DNA of 64,000 nt from Candidatus Eiseniibacteriota bacterium (GTDB lineage: Bacteria > Eisenbacteria > RBG-16-71-46 > CAVPCR01). Positions 1-13,505 of the stretch are shown piece after piece; within the stretch, counting starts at the first letter, position 1; the number at the start of each line of letters is the position of its first letter. The stretch covers positions 416,001-480,000 of the forward strand of contig CAVPCR010000001.1 in assembly GCA_963702435.1 (NCBI GenBank). The letters are read 5' to 3'. The notes under the pieces were generated by a model. That model searched no databases. It was not told the DNA's origin and worked only from the letters and a program-made list of their open reading frames with translations. A program made the translations under genes and the position numbers.

Positions 1-200
1 GGGGCGCCGAGGAGCGGCGCATCCGCCCCGATCGCGATCGTGGATGCGGCCTCGCGCGGGGCCGCGCTCGGCGCGCCGCCTCGCTCCGGGATCCCGGCGC
101 GCGCCGCCCCCGCGAGGGCGACCGGCACCGCGAGGGCGACCAGCGCCGCCAACACCGGCACCGTCAGGCCGCAGGTACGGCGACAACCGATCTCGTGCAT
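1..200 (-). CDS. N-terminus of a secreted protein (runs off the window edge)
   Basis: ATG at 200, 7 nt after the rfbB stop. Manual translation MHEIGCRRTCGLTVPVLAALVALAVPVALAGAARA-GIPE... shows a hydrophobic stretch and an A-x-A signal peptidase site; frame stays open to position 1. Confidence 0.6.
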   Translation of the reverse strand, partial: MHEIGCRRTCGLTVPVLAALVALAVPVALAGAARAGIPERGGAPSAAPREAASTIAIGADAPLLGA

Positions 201-207
201 CCGTGAC

Positions 208-1233
208 TCAGAGACGGTAGGCCTTCTCGTAGTACTCGCGGAACGCGCCACTCTTCACCTTCTCCCACCAGTCCCGGTGTTCCTGGTACCAGCGGATCGT
301 GCGCTCGGCTCCTTCGGCGAAGCCGGTGCGCGGCAGGAAGCCCAGCCGGTCGCGGATCTTACTGCAATCGAGCGCGTAGCGGCGGTCGTGGCCGGGTCGG
401 TCGTTGACGTGTCGGATCAGGCTCTCCGGCTTGCCCAGGGTCTTGACGATGAGGTGACCGATCTCGAGGCTCGAGCGCTCCTCGCCGCCGCCGATATTCC
501 ACACCTCGCCGTCCACCCCCGGGGAGACGAGCAGGCGATGGAGCGCCGCGCAGTGGTCCTCGACGTAGATCCAGTCGCGGAGGTTCTGCCCGCTCCCGTA
601 GACCGGCAGGGGCTTGTCCTCGAGGGCGTTGGTGACGAAGAGCGGCCACAGCTTCTCGACGTGCTGGTACGGACCATAGTTGTTCGAGCAGCGCGTGATG
701 ACAACCGGCATACCGTACGTCGTGTGATAGGAGTACGCGAGCCGGTCGGCGCCCGCCTTGCTCGCGGAGTACGGGTTCCGCGGCATGAGCGGCGCCTCCT
801 CGGTGGCCGGCGCCCCGAGGATCTCGCCATACACCTCGTCGGTCGAGATCTGGATGAACCGTTCGACCTCGATCCGGCGCGCCGCCTCGAGCAGGACGTA
901 GCTCCCGTAGACGTCGGTCAGGACGAAGCTCCCCGGATTCTGGATCGAGCGGTCCACATGCGTCTCGGCGGCGAAGTTCAAGACCGCGCGCACGCCCTCC
1001 ATCACCCGCGTCACCACCTCGGGATCGGCGATATCGCCCTTCACGAAGGTGAGGCGGTCCGGATCGAGCCCGGCGAGGTTCTCGAGGTTCCCGGCGTAGG
1101 TCAGCTTGTCGAGGACCGTCACCAGGACGCGCGGTTCGCGCGCGAGGATCAGGCGGACGAAGTTGGATCCGATGAAGCCGGCTCCACCGGTGACGAGGAG
1201 ACGGCCCTCGTAGTGGCCTTCCTGTGCGCTCAC
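208..1233 (-). CDS. rfbB: dTDP-glucose 4,6-dehydratase
   Basis: TGGAGFIGSNF, DKLTYAGN, FAAETHVDRSI, STDEVYG, PYSASKA, NNYGPYQ and DRPGHDRRY motifs. Confidence 0.95.
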   Translation of the reverse strand: MSAQEGHYEGRLLVTGGAGFIGSNFVRLILAREPRVLVTVLDKLTYAGNLENLAGLDPDRLTFVKGDIADPEVVTRVMEGVRAVLNFAAETHVDRSIQNPGSFVLTDVYGSYVLLEAARRIEVERFIQISTDEVYGEILGAPATEEAPLMPRNPYSASKAGADRLAYSYHTTYGMPVVITRCSNNYGPYQHVEKLWPLFVTNALEDKPLPVYGSGQNLRDWIYVEDHCAALHRLLVSPGVDGEVWNIGGGEERSSLEIGHLIVKTLGKPESLIRHVNDRPGHDRRYALDCSKIRDRLGFLPRTGFAEGAERTIRWYQEHRDWWEKVKSGAFREYYEKAYRL

Positions 1234-1332
1234 TCCAGCCTCCCTGCTCGGCCGCGCTGGCGGCCGGATGATCTCTCCGCCCCGGGGATCCGGGGGCCGA
1301 ATCGCGCGCGGACCGGGTCCGGTCGCGGTCCG

Positions 1333-2673
1333 CTAGCCGGCGGCCTTCGCGGCCGGCGCGCCCGGCGCGGCCGGACGGCCGACACCGACGTAGCGCAGGC
1401 CGGCGGCGGCGGCCTCGGCCGGCGAGTAGATGTTCCTCATGTCGATGAGCACCGGACTGCGGAGGAGCCCGCGGATACGATCGAGATCGAGTCGCCGGAA
1501 CTCGTTCCACTCGGTGACGATGACGAGCGCATCGGCGCCCACGCACACTTCGTAGGCGCTTCCCCCCGTCTTGAGCCCGGGCAGCGACTGCGCCGCGTTC
1601 GGCATGGCCACCGGATCGAAGGCCTTGACCTCGGCCCCGGCGGCGAGGAGCCGCTTCGCGATGCGCAGCGCCGGCGCCTCGCGCACGTCGTCGGTATTGG
1701 GCTTGAAGGAGAGACCGAGCATCGCGACCGTCTTCCCGCTGAGCCCGCCCATGGCCTCGCCGCACTTCTCGACCATGCGCTCGATCTGGCGCTCGTTGGT
1801 CTCGTAGGTGGCGCGCACGATCGGCAGCTCGACGCCGGTGGCCGTCGCGAAGTGGAGGAGCGCCTGCGTGTCCTTGGGGAAGCACGACCCGCCGTACCCC
1901 GGCCCTGCATGCAGGAACTTGTCGCCGATCCGCCGATCGAGACCCATGGCCCGGGCCACCACCTGCACGTCGCCGCCCACCGCCTCGCACAGATTCGCCA
2001 TCTCGTTGATGAAGGAGATCTTGGTGGCGAGGAAGGCATTCGATGCGTACTTGATGAGCTCCGCCGTCTCGACCGTGGTCTTCACCATCGGCGTCTCGTT
2101 GAGATAGAGCGGGTTGTAGATGTCGGCGAGGATGTTGGCCGCGCGCTCGGTCCAGGTGCCGATCACCACCCGGTTCGGGTGCGTGAAGTCCTGCACCGCC
2201 GAGCCCTCGCGCAGGAACTCCGGGTTCGATGCCACGTCGAAGGGATGGTCGCCGCTCAGGTTCTCGGCGATGACGTCGCGCACGCGGCGCCCGGTGCCGA
2301 CCGGCACGGTCGACTTCTGGACCACCAGCCGGTAGCCCTGCATGGTGCGGGCGACATCGCGCGCCACCTCGAAGACCGCGCTCAAGTCGGCCTCGCCGTC
2401 GTTCCCGGTCGGCGTGCCGACGGCGATGACGACGACCGGCGTCCGGGCCACCGAGCCCGGAAGATCCTCGCTGAAGGTGAGCCGCCCCTCGGCCACGTTC
2501 CGCTCGACGACCTCGAGGAGCCCCGGCTCGTAGAACGGGATCTCCCGCCGCCGGAGCCGCGCGATCTTCTCCCCATCCTTGTCGACGCAGATGACTTCAT
2601 TGCCGAAGTCGGCGAGGCAAGCCCCGGTGACGAGCCCGACGTAGCCCGTGCCGATGACGGATATGCGATACAT
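1333..2673 (-). CDS. ugd: UDP-glucose/GDP-mannose dehydrogenase family protein (UDP-glucose 6-dehydrogenase)
   Basis: GTGYVGL, KSTVPVGT, NPEFLREG, GYGGSCFPKD (catalytic Cys) and FKPNTDDVRE motifs. Confidence 0.93.
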   Translation of the reverse strand: MYRISVIGTGYVGLVTGACLADFGNEVICVDKDGEKIARLRRREIPFYEPGLLEVVERNVAEGRLTFSEDLPGSVARTPVVVIAVGTPTGNDGEADLSAVFEVARDVARTMQGYRLVVQKSTVPVGTGRRVRDVIAENLSGDHPFDVASNPEFLREGSAVQDFTHPNRVVIGTWTERAANILADIYNPLYLNETPMVKTTVETAELIKYASNAFLATKISFINEMANLCEAVGGDVQVVARAMGLDRRIGDKFLHAGPGYGGSCFPKDTQALLHFATATGVELPIVRATYETNERQIERMVEKCGEAMGGLSGKTVAMLGLSFKPNTDDVREAPALRIAKRLLAAGAEVKAFDPVAMPNAAQSLPGLKTGGSAYEVCVGADALVIVTEWNEFRRLDLDRIRGLLRSPVLIDMRNIYSPAEAAAAGLRYVGVGRPAAPGAPAAKAAG

Positions 2674-2724
2674 CGCCTGCTGGATCTCCTTGCCTGGTGT
2701 CGCGCGCGCACCCCGCGCGCAGGA

Positions 2725-3717
2725 TCAACGCCTACCCCGGGCGGCGTGCCCCGGGCCGCCCGGGACCGGCACCGGGCGCGATCTCGCCTCCTCCAGAAGA
2801 TCGGCCAGGGTGCGCTCGATCTCGATCGACGGCCGCCAGCCGGTGGCCGCCATGAGCTTGTGCGGATCGCCGACCAGGTGCCCGAGGTCGGCCGGGCGCA
2901 GGCGGGCCGGGTCGAGCTCGACCCGGATGGAGACCCGGGCCGCGCCGATCATCATCTCGACCAGGTGCCGGAGCGTGAGGCCGCGTCCGGAGCACACATT
3001 GTAAGCCTCTCCCGGCGCGCCGCGGGCCAGAAGATCGGCGTAGGCGCGCACGACGTCGCGCACGTCCGAGTAGTCACGCACGACATCGAGATTGCCCACC
3101 GCGAGCACCGGCCGGTGCTCGCCCCGCTCGATCGCGGCGACCTGGGCGGCGAAGGCCGGGAGCGCGAAGCGGACCCGCTGCCCGGGCCCGGTGTGGGTGA
3201 ACGGCCGCACCCGGATGGCCTTGAGATGGTAGGCGGCGGCGGCCATCTCGACCAGGAGATCCTGGGCCGCCTTGGAGGCGCCGTACGGGCTCCGGGGGTT
3301 CATGGGGGCCGTCTCCCGGTGGGGCAGATCGGGAGTGCTCGGCCCGTAGAGATCGGCCGAGGTGATGGCGAGTAGGCGGGCGGCCGGGGCCTCGTCCCGG
3401 AGCGCGGCGACCAGGTTCCAGGTGCCGAGGACGTTCACCTCGAAGGTCTCGCGCGGAGCGGCGAAGGACGCCCCCGCCGAGCTCTGCGCCGCGAGGTGAA
3501 TGACGCCATCCGGCTCGACCTCGGCGATGAAGCGCCTGACCTGCTCCGCATCGCGGAGGTCGAGCGAGCGGAGCGGGTCGCGGGCGCCGCCCGCCGGCGG
3601 CTGCGAGCTGCCGGCCGCCTCGTAGCCGGTGGCCACCGCCGCGATCCCGCGGCGAGCGAGCTCGGCGAGGAGATGGCGACCCGCGAAGCCGTTCGCCCCG
3701 GTGACCAGGACCTTCAC
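2725..3717 (-). CDS. NAD-dependent nucleotide-sugar SDR, Gmd/Rmd-like (possible GDP-4-keto-6-deoxymannose reductase)
   Basis: TGANGFAG, HLAAQSS, PYGASK, HTGPGQ, GNLDVVRDYSDVRD, YNVCSG and LRPAD motifs. Confidence 0.8.
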   Translation of the reverse strand: MKVLVTGANGFAGRHLLAELARRGIAAVATGYEAAGSSQPPAGGARDPLRSLDLRDAEQVRRFIAEVEPDGVIHLAAQSSAGASFAAPRETFEVNVLGTWNLVAALRDEAPAARLLAITSADLYGPSTPDLPHRETAPMNPRSPYGASKAAQDLLVEMAAAAYHLKAIRVRPFTHTGPGQRVRFALPAFAAQVAAIERGEHRPVLAVGNLDVVRDYSDVRDVVRAYADLLARGAPGEAYNVCSGRGLTLRHLVEMMIGAARVSIRVELDPARLRPADLGHLVGDPHKLMAATGWRPSIEIERTLADLLEEARSRPVPVPGGPGHAARGRR

Positions 3718-3751
3718 TTGAACCTCCGCGACCGGCGCGGCGCCCGACCGC

Positions 3752-4702
3752 TCATCGCGCGCGCCAGTAGTCGAGGAGATCCTCGACCGTCCGCGCGAAC
3801 GGGATGTCGGCCTGCCAGCCGGTCTCGCGCCGGAACTTCGTGCAATCGCCGCGGAGGACCGGCACGTCGGAAGGACGCAGGCGCCGCGGATCGGTCTCCA
3901 CCTTGATCTGGACCCTGGTCATCCCGAGCAGGAGATCGACCACCTGCCGGATCGAATGGCTCTCGCCCGAGCAGATGTTGTAGACGTCGCCCGGGCGCCC
4001 CTTCTCGAGCGCGAGCCAGTAGGCGCGCACCATGTCGCGCACGTCGGTGAAGTCGCGCTGCGCGTCGAGATTGCCGACCCTGAGCACGGGCGGCCGCGTG
4101 CCGCGCTCGATCGCGGCCACCTGCATGGCGAAGTCGCTGATCACGAACACCGGCGGCCGGCGCGGCCCCTCGTGATTGAAGCCGCGGGTGCGGATGATGG
4201 GCATCCGGTAGCTCATGAAGTACTGGTAGCCGAGCATGTCCTGGCCGACCTTGGAGACCGCATACGGCGAGAGCGGGCGGAGCGGATTCTCCTCCGTGAT
4301 GGGCAGCTCGTGCTCGAGGGCGAGTCCGTACTCCTCGCTCGAGCAGGCGATCTGGATCCGGGGCTCGATGCCGATCTTGCGCACCGCCTCGAAGACGTTC
4401 AGCTGGCCGATGATGTTGGTGGTGAGGCTCTCGGTGGGCGCGGTCCACGAGGTGGGCACGAAGCTCTGCGCGGCGAGATGGAAGATGCGGTCGGGACGGA
4501 TCTCCTCGATCATGTCGCGCGTCGAGAAGGCGTCGCGGAGGTCGCACTCGTGGAGGTGGATGCGGTCGAGCGCATGCTGGATGTTGTCGAGCGGACTGCG
4601 CCAGCGGTAGAGGCCGTGGATCTCGACTCCGCTCATGCCGAGCATGTGGTCGACCAGATGGCTGCCGGCGAATCCGGTGACTCCGGTGACGAGAACGCGC
4701 AC
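3752..4702 (-). CDS. GDP-mannose 4,6-dehydratase-like SDR
   Basis: GTG start at 4702 with GGAGG upstream; TGVTGFAG, HLAAQSFV, SSEEYG, PYAVSK, FNHEGPRR and GNLDAQRDFTDVRD motifs. Confidence 0.82.
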   Translation of the reverse strand: MRVLVTGVTGFAGSHLVDHMLGMSGVEIHGLYRWRSPLDNIQHALDRIHLHECDLRDAFSTRDMIEEIRPDRIFHLAAQSFVPTSWTAPTESLTTNIIGQLNVFEAVRKIGIEPRIQIACSSEEYGLALEHELPITEENPLRPLSPYAVSKVGQDMLGYQYFMSYRMPIIRTRGFNHEGPRRPPVFVISDFAMQVAAIERGTRPPVLRVGNLDAQRDFTDVRDMVRAYWLALEKGRPGDVYNICSGESHSIRQVVDLLLGMTRVQIKVETDPRRLRPSDVPVLRGDCTKFRRETGWQADIPFARTVEDLLDYWRAR

Positions 4703-4706
4703 TCTC

Positions 4707-5408
4707 CTAGCCTCCTTCCACCGCCGGGGCCGTCGCCCCCGCCATGGCCGCGAGCATCTCGCGCGCCGCCGCCCGCGGATCCGCCGCCCCGGTGATCGGA
4801 CGCCCGACCACGAGATGGCTTGCTCCGGCGCGCAGCGCCTCCCCCGGCCCTCCGGTACGCACCTGGTCATCCCCCGCCGCGCCGGGAAGCCGGATCCCGG
4901 GCGTCACGAGGAGGGGGCCCGGTCCGAGCGCCGCGCGGAGCGTCCCGGCCTCGGTCGCGGCCGCCACCACGCCGTCGAGGCCGGCCGCCACCGCCCGCCG
5001 CGCCGCGGCGAGGATCACGCCTTGGTCCGGCGCGGCGAGGCTCGTGAGCACCGTCACCCCGAGGAGCCGGGTCCCGGTCCCGCGCACGGCCTCGGCGGCC
5101 GCGGCCATCATCGCCTCCCCGCCCGCCGCATGCAGGGTCACGAGGTCCGCGCCGTGCGCGCTCGCCGCGCGCGCCGCCCCGCTCACCTGCACCGGGATGT
5201 CGTGCAGCTTGAGATCGAGGAAGACGCGCTTCCCGCGCTCCTTGAGCGCGACGACCGCCGCCGGGCCGGCGGCAGTGTAGAGGGTGAGCCCCACCTTGTA
5301 AAACCCCACCAGGTCGCCGAGCCGGTCGGCGAGGGCGAGCGCCGGGGCCAGCGCGCCCTGGTCGAGAGCCACGATCAGCCGTTCGTCGGACAAGGGACGT
5401 CTCCTCAT
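4707..5408 (-). CDS. pyrF: orotidine-5'-phosphate decarboxylase
   Basis: LIVALD, FLDLKLHDIP, VTVLTS, LVTPGIR and VVGRPIT motifs; pyr operon context. Confidence 0.95.
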   Translation of the reverse strand: MRRRPLSDERLIVALDQGALAPALALADRLGDLVGFYKVGLTLYTAAGPAAVVALKERGKRVFLDLKLHDIPVQVSGAARAASAHGADLVTLHAAGGEAMMAAAAEAVRGTGTRLLGVTVLTSLAAPDQGVILAAARRAVAAGLDGVVAAATEAGTLRAALGPGPLLVTPGIRLPGAAGDDQVRTGGPGEALRAGASHLVVGRPITGAADPRAAAREMLAAMAGATAPAVEGG

Positions 5409-6334
5409 TCCTTCGCGGGCACGACGAGCGCTCCGCGAAGATCTGCGGGTGAGCGGAAATCATGACGTTCGAGATAGGCGGCGACGCCGGCGGCCAGCGT
5501 CCCCGCCACCCCCGGCTCCACGTAGTTCCAGGTGCCGACCTCGACCGCGCTCGCGCCGGCGAGCAGGAACTCGACGACGTCGGCGGCCGAGCTCACACCG
5601 CCGATGCCGATCACCGGAATTCCGACCGCGCGCGCGGCCGCATAGACCTTGGCCACGGCGAGCGGGCGGATGGCGGGACCGGAGAGCCCGCCGGTCACCG
5701 TGCGCAGCTTCGGCGTCCGCCGCTCGATGTCGATGGCCATGCCGATGAAGGTGTTGACGAGCGACACCGCGTCGGCGCCGCCCTCCTCGGCGCCGCGGGC
5801 GATCTCGCCGATCGCGGTCACGTTGGGGGTGAGCTTGGCGATCAAGGGCTTCGTGGTCACCCGGCGCACGGCGCTGACCACCTCCGCGCAGCCCGCCCGG
5901 CTCAGCGAGAGATCGAGCCCCCCGGACACGTTCGGGCAGGAGAGGTTCAGCTCGATCGCCGCAACCTGGGGCTCGGGATCCAGCCGGCGCGCGAGCTCGA
6001 CGTAGTCGGGGACTTGATGCCCGCCCACCGAGACCACGATCCTGGTCGGGAGCGACGCCGCCGCCGGCAGCTTCTCGGCGAGAAAGACGTCGATGCCCAC
6101 GTTCTCGAGCCCGATCGAGTTGAGCATGCCGGACGGCGTCTCCGCGATCCGGGGCGGCGGATTCCCCTCGCGCGGGCGCGGCGTCACCGTCTTGGTGACG
6201 ATCCCGCCGATCGCCGTGAAGTCGAGGAGCCCGGCGAGCTCGACCCCGTAGCCGCAGGTGCCCGAGGCGAGGAGGATCGGGTTCGCGAGCGTGAGCGCCC
6301 CGATGCGTACCGAGAGGTCCACCGCCGCGGTCAT
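5405..6334 (-). CDS. pyrD: dihydroorotate dehydrogenase B, catalytic subunit
   Basis: ASGT, GNPPPR, MLNSIGLEN, ELNLSCPNV, KLTPNV and GGLSGPAIRP motifs. Confidence 0.95.
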   Translation of the reverse strand: MTAAVDLSVRIGALTLANPILLASGTCGYGVELAGLLDFTAIGGIVTKTVTPRPREGNPPPRIAETPSGMLNSIGLENVGIDVFLAEKLPAAASLPTRIVVSVGGHQVPDYVELARRLDPEPQVAAIELNLSCPNVSGGLDLSLSRAGCAEVVSAVRRVTTKPLIAKLTPNVTAIGEIARGAEEGGADAVSLVNTFIGMAIDIERRTPKLRTVTGGLSGPAIRPLAVAKVYAAARAVGIPVIGIGGVSSAADVVEFLLAGASAVEVGTWNYVEPGVAGTLAAGVAAYLERHDFRSPADLRGALVVPAKE

Positions 6335-7221
6335 GGCGCCACCGCCGCTGCCGGGTCGAGGGCGCGCTCAAGCGCGTCCCAGTCCACCTCGGCGCCGAGG
6401 AACACCGGTCCCTCCTTGCACACGGTGGCGTAGCGCGCGTTCCCGTCGCGCGGCCACGGCCCGGCCGCGGTCGCCCGCCGCGGGATCACGCAGCCGCGAC
6501 AGATCCCGATCGCGCAGCCCATCGGGCTCTCGACCGCGACCTGCGCCTCGACGCCGCAGGCGGCCGCCGTCTCCGCCACGCGCCGGAGCATGATCTCGGG
6601 CCCGCAGGCGAGGACGCGCGTCGTGGCCGCGCTGCCCGCGTGTTCGAGCCGGGCGAGCTCGGCGGCGAGGAGATCGATCACGGTGCCCTTCTCGCCGGCT
6701 GATCCGTCATCGGTCGCCAGGCGATGGTCGAGGCCCGAGAGCCGCGCGAGCTCCCACAGGTACTCGCGGCTCCGCGCGCCGAAAAGGAAGGTGACCTCGC
6801 GCCCGCGAGCCGCCCCGCTCTCGAGGAGGCGATAGAGCGGCGCGGCGCCGCGACCGCCGGCGACGAGGACCAGGGGCCCTCCGGCGCCGAGCACGTAGCC
6901 GTTCCCGAGCGGCCCGAGGATCTCGACGTGATCGCCGGGGACGAGCGCCGCGATGCGTTCGGTGCCGAGGCCGACGACCGCGTAGAGGACCTCGAGCGTC
7001 GCTCCGCTCGCCGCCGGCGCGAAGCCGAGCACGCTGAACGGGCGGCGGAGGAGCGGGAACTCGCCGAGCCGGAGATGCACGAACTGCCCGGCCGCCGGGA
7101 CCGGGAAGGAGGGAGCGGCCGGCAGCGCGAGACGGAGGATCGCTCCGCCCGGCATCACCGGGCGATTCATGAGCACCTCGGCGCGCACGCTCACGGCGCG
7201 GGGTCGCGAATCGATCGGCAT
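6331..7221 (-). CDS. pyrK: dihydroorotate dehydrogenase electron transfer subunit
   Basis: GQFV, LRRPFS, GPLGNG, ACGP and the [2Fe-2S] motif MGCAIGICRGC...VCKEGPVF. Start chosen at ATG 7221 behind GAGGUG; GTG 7233 is the alternative. Confidence 0.9.
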   Translation of the reverse strand: MPIDSRPRAVSVRAEVLMNRPVMPGGAILRLALPAAPSFPVPAAGQFVHLRLGEFPLLRRPFSVLGFAPAASGATLEVLYAVVGLGTERIAALVPGDHVEILGPLGNGYVLGAGGPLVLVAGGRGAAPLYRLLESGAARGREVTFLFGARSREYLWELARLSGLDHRLATDDGSAGEKGTVIDLLAAELARLEHAGSAATTRVLACGPEIMLRRVAETAAACGVEAQVAVESPMGCAIGICRGCVIPRRATAAGPWPRDGNARYATVCKEGPVFLGAEVDWDALERALDPAAAVAP

Positions 7222-7234
7222 CTTGCGGTGCACC

Positions 7235-9084
7235 TCATTCCGGTGGGGCCAGGGAACTGCGGGCCGTGTCGGGCGGCGCCGACTCCGGTGGTCGCGGGAC
7301 CGGCGCCATCGCCTCCGGCGGCGGCGTTCCCGGCGGCGGTGTTCCCGGCGGCGGCGCGCTCCCGGGCGGCGGTGTTCCCGGCGGCGGCGTGCTCCCGGGC
7401 GGCGTGAACACCCCCGGGGGCATGGCGGGCGGCGCGGGCCGGAGCGTATCCGATCCGGCGGCGGCGAGCGAATCGGCCCGGCCCGGCCCGGCCGGCACGC
7501 CGGTTCGCCCCCCGCCGAGCGAATCGACCCGCCCGGCCGCCAGCGAATCGATGCCGACCGCCGCGCCCAGGGAGTCGATTCCGCCCGCCGCGGCCAGCGA
7601 GTCCATGCGCGCCGCCTCCGCGCGCGCGCGCGACACGTCGGACAGCGAATCGGCCACCGCCCGGATGCGGAGCACCCGTCCCCGGTAGATCGAGAGCGAA
7701 TCGGCGGACAGGCGCCCGCTCCGCACCCCGGCGTCGACGCCGAACTCGGTGTCGGGATAGAGGGCGAACACCCGCTCGTAGCTCGCGTGCGCGGCGACTG
7801 AATCCCCCTTCTCGTGCTCCTGGATCCAGGCCACCGCGTACGCCGCCTTGGGCGCCACCGAGGACTGCGGGTAGTCGCGCTCGACGGCCTCGTAGGCGGC
7901 GATCGCCTCGTCTACCTTGCGCAGGCGGAAGAGCGAGACCTCGGCCAGCATGAGCGCCGCCGTCGCCTTCTTCTCCTCCTCGCCGCCCTCGGCCATCTCG
8001 GTGCGGTACTGGCCGTAGAGGTCGATCGACTGCTTGCGCTCGTCGGCCAGGGTCGCGAACTCCGAGCCCGGCGCGATCTCGCGCACCTTGCCGTAGGATT
8101 CCTTCGCCGCGTCGAGATTCTCGAGGTAGATCTCTTCGGTGAACGCGGTCTGGTACTGCGCCTCGGCGGCGAAGGCCGACGCCGGGAACTCCTTGATCAC
8201 GCGGGCGTACACGGCGAGGGCGTCGGGATGGCGGCCGAGCGCGTTCAGCGCCCGCCCTTGCCGGAGCAGCGTCTGCGGGAGCTCCTGCGGCCCCGGCATC
8301 TCGCGTTCGAGCTGCCCGTAGAGAGCGAGCGCGTCCTCGTTCCGCCCGAGCTGCTCGAGGCTCTCCCCGGCCAGAAGCCTGGCCTCGTAGCGCGTTTTGG
8401 GCACGCTCGAGAGACTCACGGTCGCCTCGAAGTCGGCGAGCGCCGAGTCGGGGATCTCGATCGCGAGGTACGCCTCGCCGCGCGCGCGGTGGATGCGGGC
8501 GAGATCGAGCCCCTTCGTCTCCTTCTCCGCGAGGAGCCCCGTGTAGCCCGCGATCGCGGTCCGGTAGTCGCGGCGCTTGGCCGCGTTCTCGGCGAGGCGG
8601 TACATCACCTCGCCCCGTCGCTTGTACTTGGGATTCTCGACCAGGAGCCGGCTGAGCGTCCCCTGCGCCATCTCCCAGTCGCCGCGCCCGAGCTGGCAGA
8701 GCCCGATCCCGAAGGTCGCGTCCGGGATGAGCTTCGAATCGGGCTGCTTCTCGATCAGCTCGTCGAAGCTGCTCATCGCCTTCTCAAACTCCTCGCGGCG
8801 CAGGTAGGCCTGGCCGATCAGGAGGCGCGCGTCATCCACCCACTTCGACCGCGGGTAGTCGGTGATGACCTTCTGGCTCCGCTCGATCGACTTGGCGTAG
8901 AGGTCGAGCATGCCGGGAGCCGCGTGCTCCTGCCCGCTCGCCTGGTACTGCTCCTCGGCGTCGCGGAAGTAGGAGCGGGCGGTGTGAAAGGTGTTGTAGT
9001 AGGCGCAGGAGAGGCCGGCCGCGAGGACGGCGATGAAGACGCCGAGGCGCCCGCCCGCTCCGGCCCTCTCTCGCAGCGAGCCCC

Positions 9085-9088
<4 letters not shown>
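7235..9088 (-). CDS. TPR-repeat lipoprotein with DSL-repeat and Pro-rich C-terminal tail
   Basis: ATG overlaps the carB stop (ATGA). Hydrophobic stretch followed by GLSC lipobox, then AYYNTF; many TPR-like helices ([30 protein letters not shown]). Confidence 0.8.
7316..7405 (-). repeat. 15-bp tandem coding repeat giving (T/S)PPPG-like units
   Basis: Recurring cccggcggcgg(t/c)gtt units; translation [30 protein letters not shown]. Confidence 0.85.
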
Positions 9089-12296
<3,208 letters not shown>

Positions 12297-12318
<22 letters not shown>

Positions 12319-13505
12319 GGCACTCCGGCGGCGGTGGTGGGAACCGCGGCGACATCGGCAAGGAACCGCTCGAAGATGGGGCTCGCATCGTGCGGGCCCG
12401 GGCGCGCCTCGGGATGGAACTGGACAGCGCGGACGCGGAGCGCGCGCTCGCGAAACCCCTCGAGCGTCGAGTCGAAGAGGCTCCGGTGCGTCACCTCGAT
12501 CTCGCGCCCGCCGCGCGGAACGACCGTGAAGCCGTGGTTATGGCTCGTCACGAGCACCCGCCCGCTCTCGAGATCGAGCACCGGATGGTTGGCGCCGCGA
12601 TGCCCGAAGTGGAGCTTCTCGATCCCGAGCCCGAGCGCGAGCGCGAGGAGCTGGTGCCCGAGGCAGATGCCGAAGAGCGGCGTCCGGCCGAGGAGAGCGC
12701 ACGCGAGCGCGATCCCGGGCCGGACCGCTTCCGGATCGCCGGGGCCGTTGGCGAGAACGACCCCGTCCGGGCGGAGGGCGAGGAGGTCGGCGGCCGGCGT
12801 CGTCGCCGGCATGACCACCACGCGCGCGCCGCGCGCGGCGAGCGCCGCCGGGATGCCGGCCTTGGCGCCGAAGTCGAGGACGAGGAGCCGCGGGCCGGCG
12901 CCGCCCGCGAACGGATCCCCGGCGGGGACGGGCTCAGAGCGGCCGCCCGCGAGGACGCGCTCGGGGGCGGCGCGGCTCACCGCGGTCGCGAGGTCGACGC
13001 CGATGAGGCCGGGCGCCGCAGAGGCCAGGGCGGCGAGCTCCTGGTCGCCGCGCCGCGCGCGCTCGTCGGTCACGAGCGCGGCGCGCATCGCCCCGCGCGT
13101 CCGCAGGTGGCGGGTGAGGGCGCGGGTGTCCAGGTCCTCGGCGGCCGGGATCCCGTGCCGGAGGAGGAAATCGAGGAAGCTCTCCTCGGCGCGATGATTG
13201 GTGGTGTACCGCGAAAAACGGCGGACGACGAGACCGCGGGCGCGCGGGATCGCCGCTTCCGAATCGGTCGCGTTGGCGCCGGCGTTCCCGATGAGCGGGA
13301 AGGTCATGAGAATGATCTGGCCGGCATAGGAGGGATCGGTCACCACCTCCTGGTAGCCGGTCATCGCGGTGCAGAAGGCGGCCTCCCCGACGGCGAGGCC
13401 GCGCGCGCCGGCGGCGCGCCCGCGGAAGACGCGACCGTCCTCGAGCGCGAGGGCGGCCGGGCCGCTCTCCGCGACGCCGTGCCGGCGCTCGAACTCAGGT
13501 CCCAT
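12297..13505 (-). CDS. carA: carbamoyl-phosphate synthase small subunit
   Basis: [30 protein letters not shown] (nucleophile Cys), HRGANHPV and QFHPE motifs; TGATG overlap with the pyrC stop. Confidence 0.96.

Noticed and set aside
40..3375. Very long antisense and alternate-frame ORFs (e.g. 40-3375, 9121-13197, 50633-54766, 54642-60740, most of 20927-26038)
   Set aside because: They shadow well-supported genes, are Arg/Gly/Ala/Pro-rich with no motifs, and are expected from stop-codon scarcity at very high GC.
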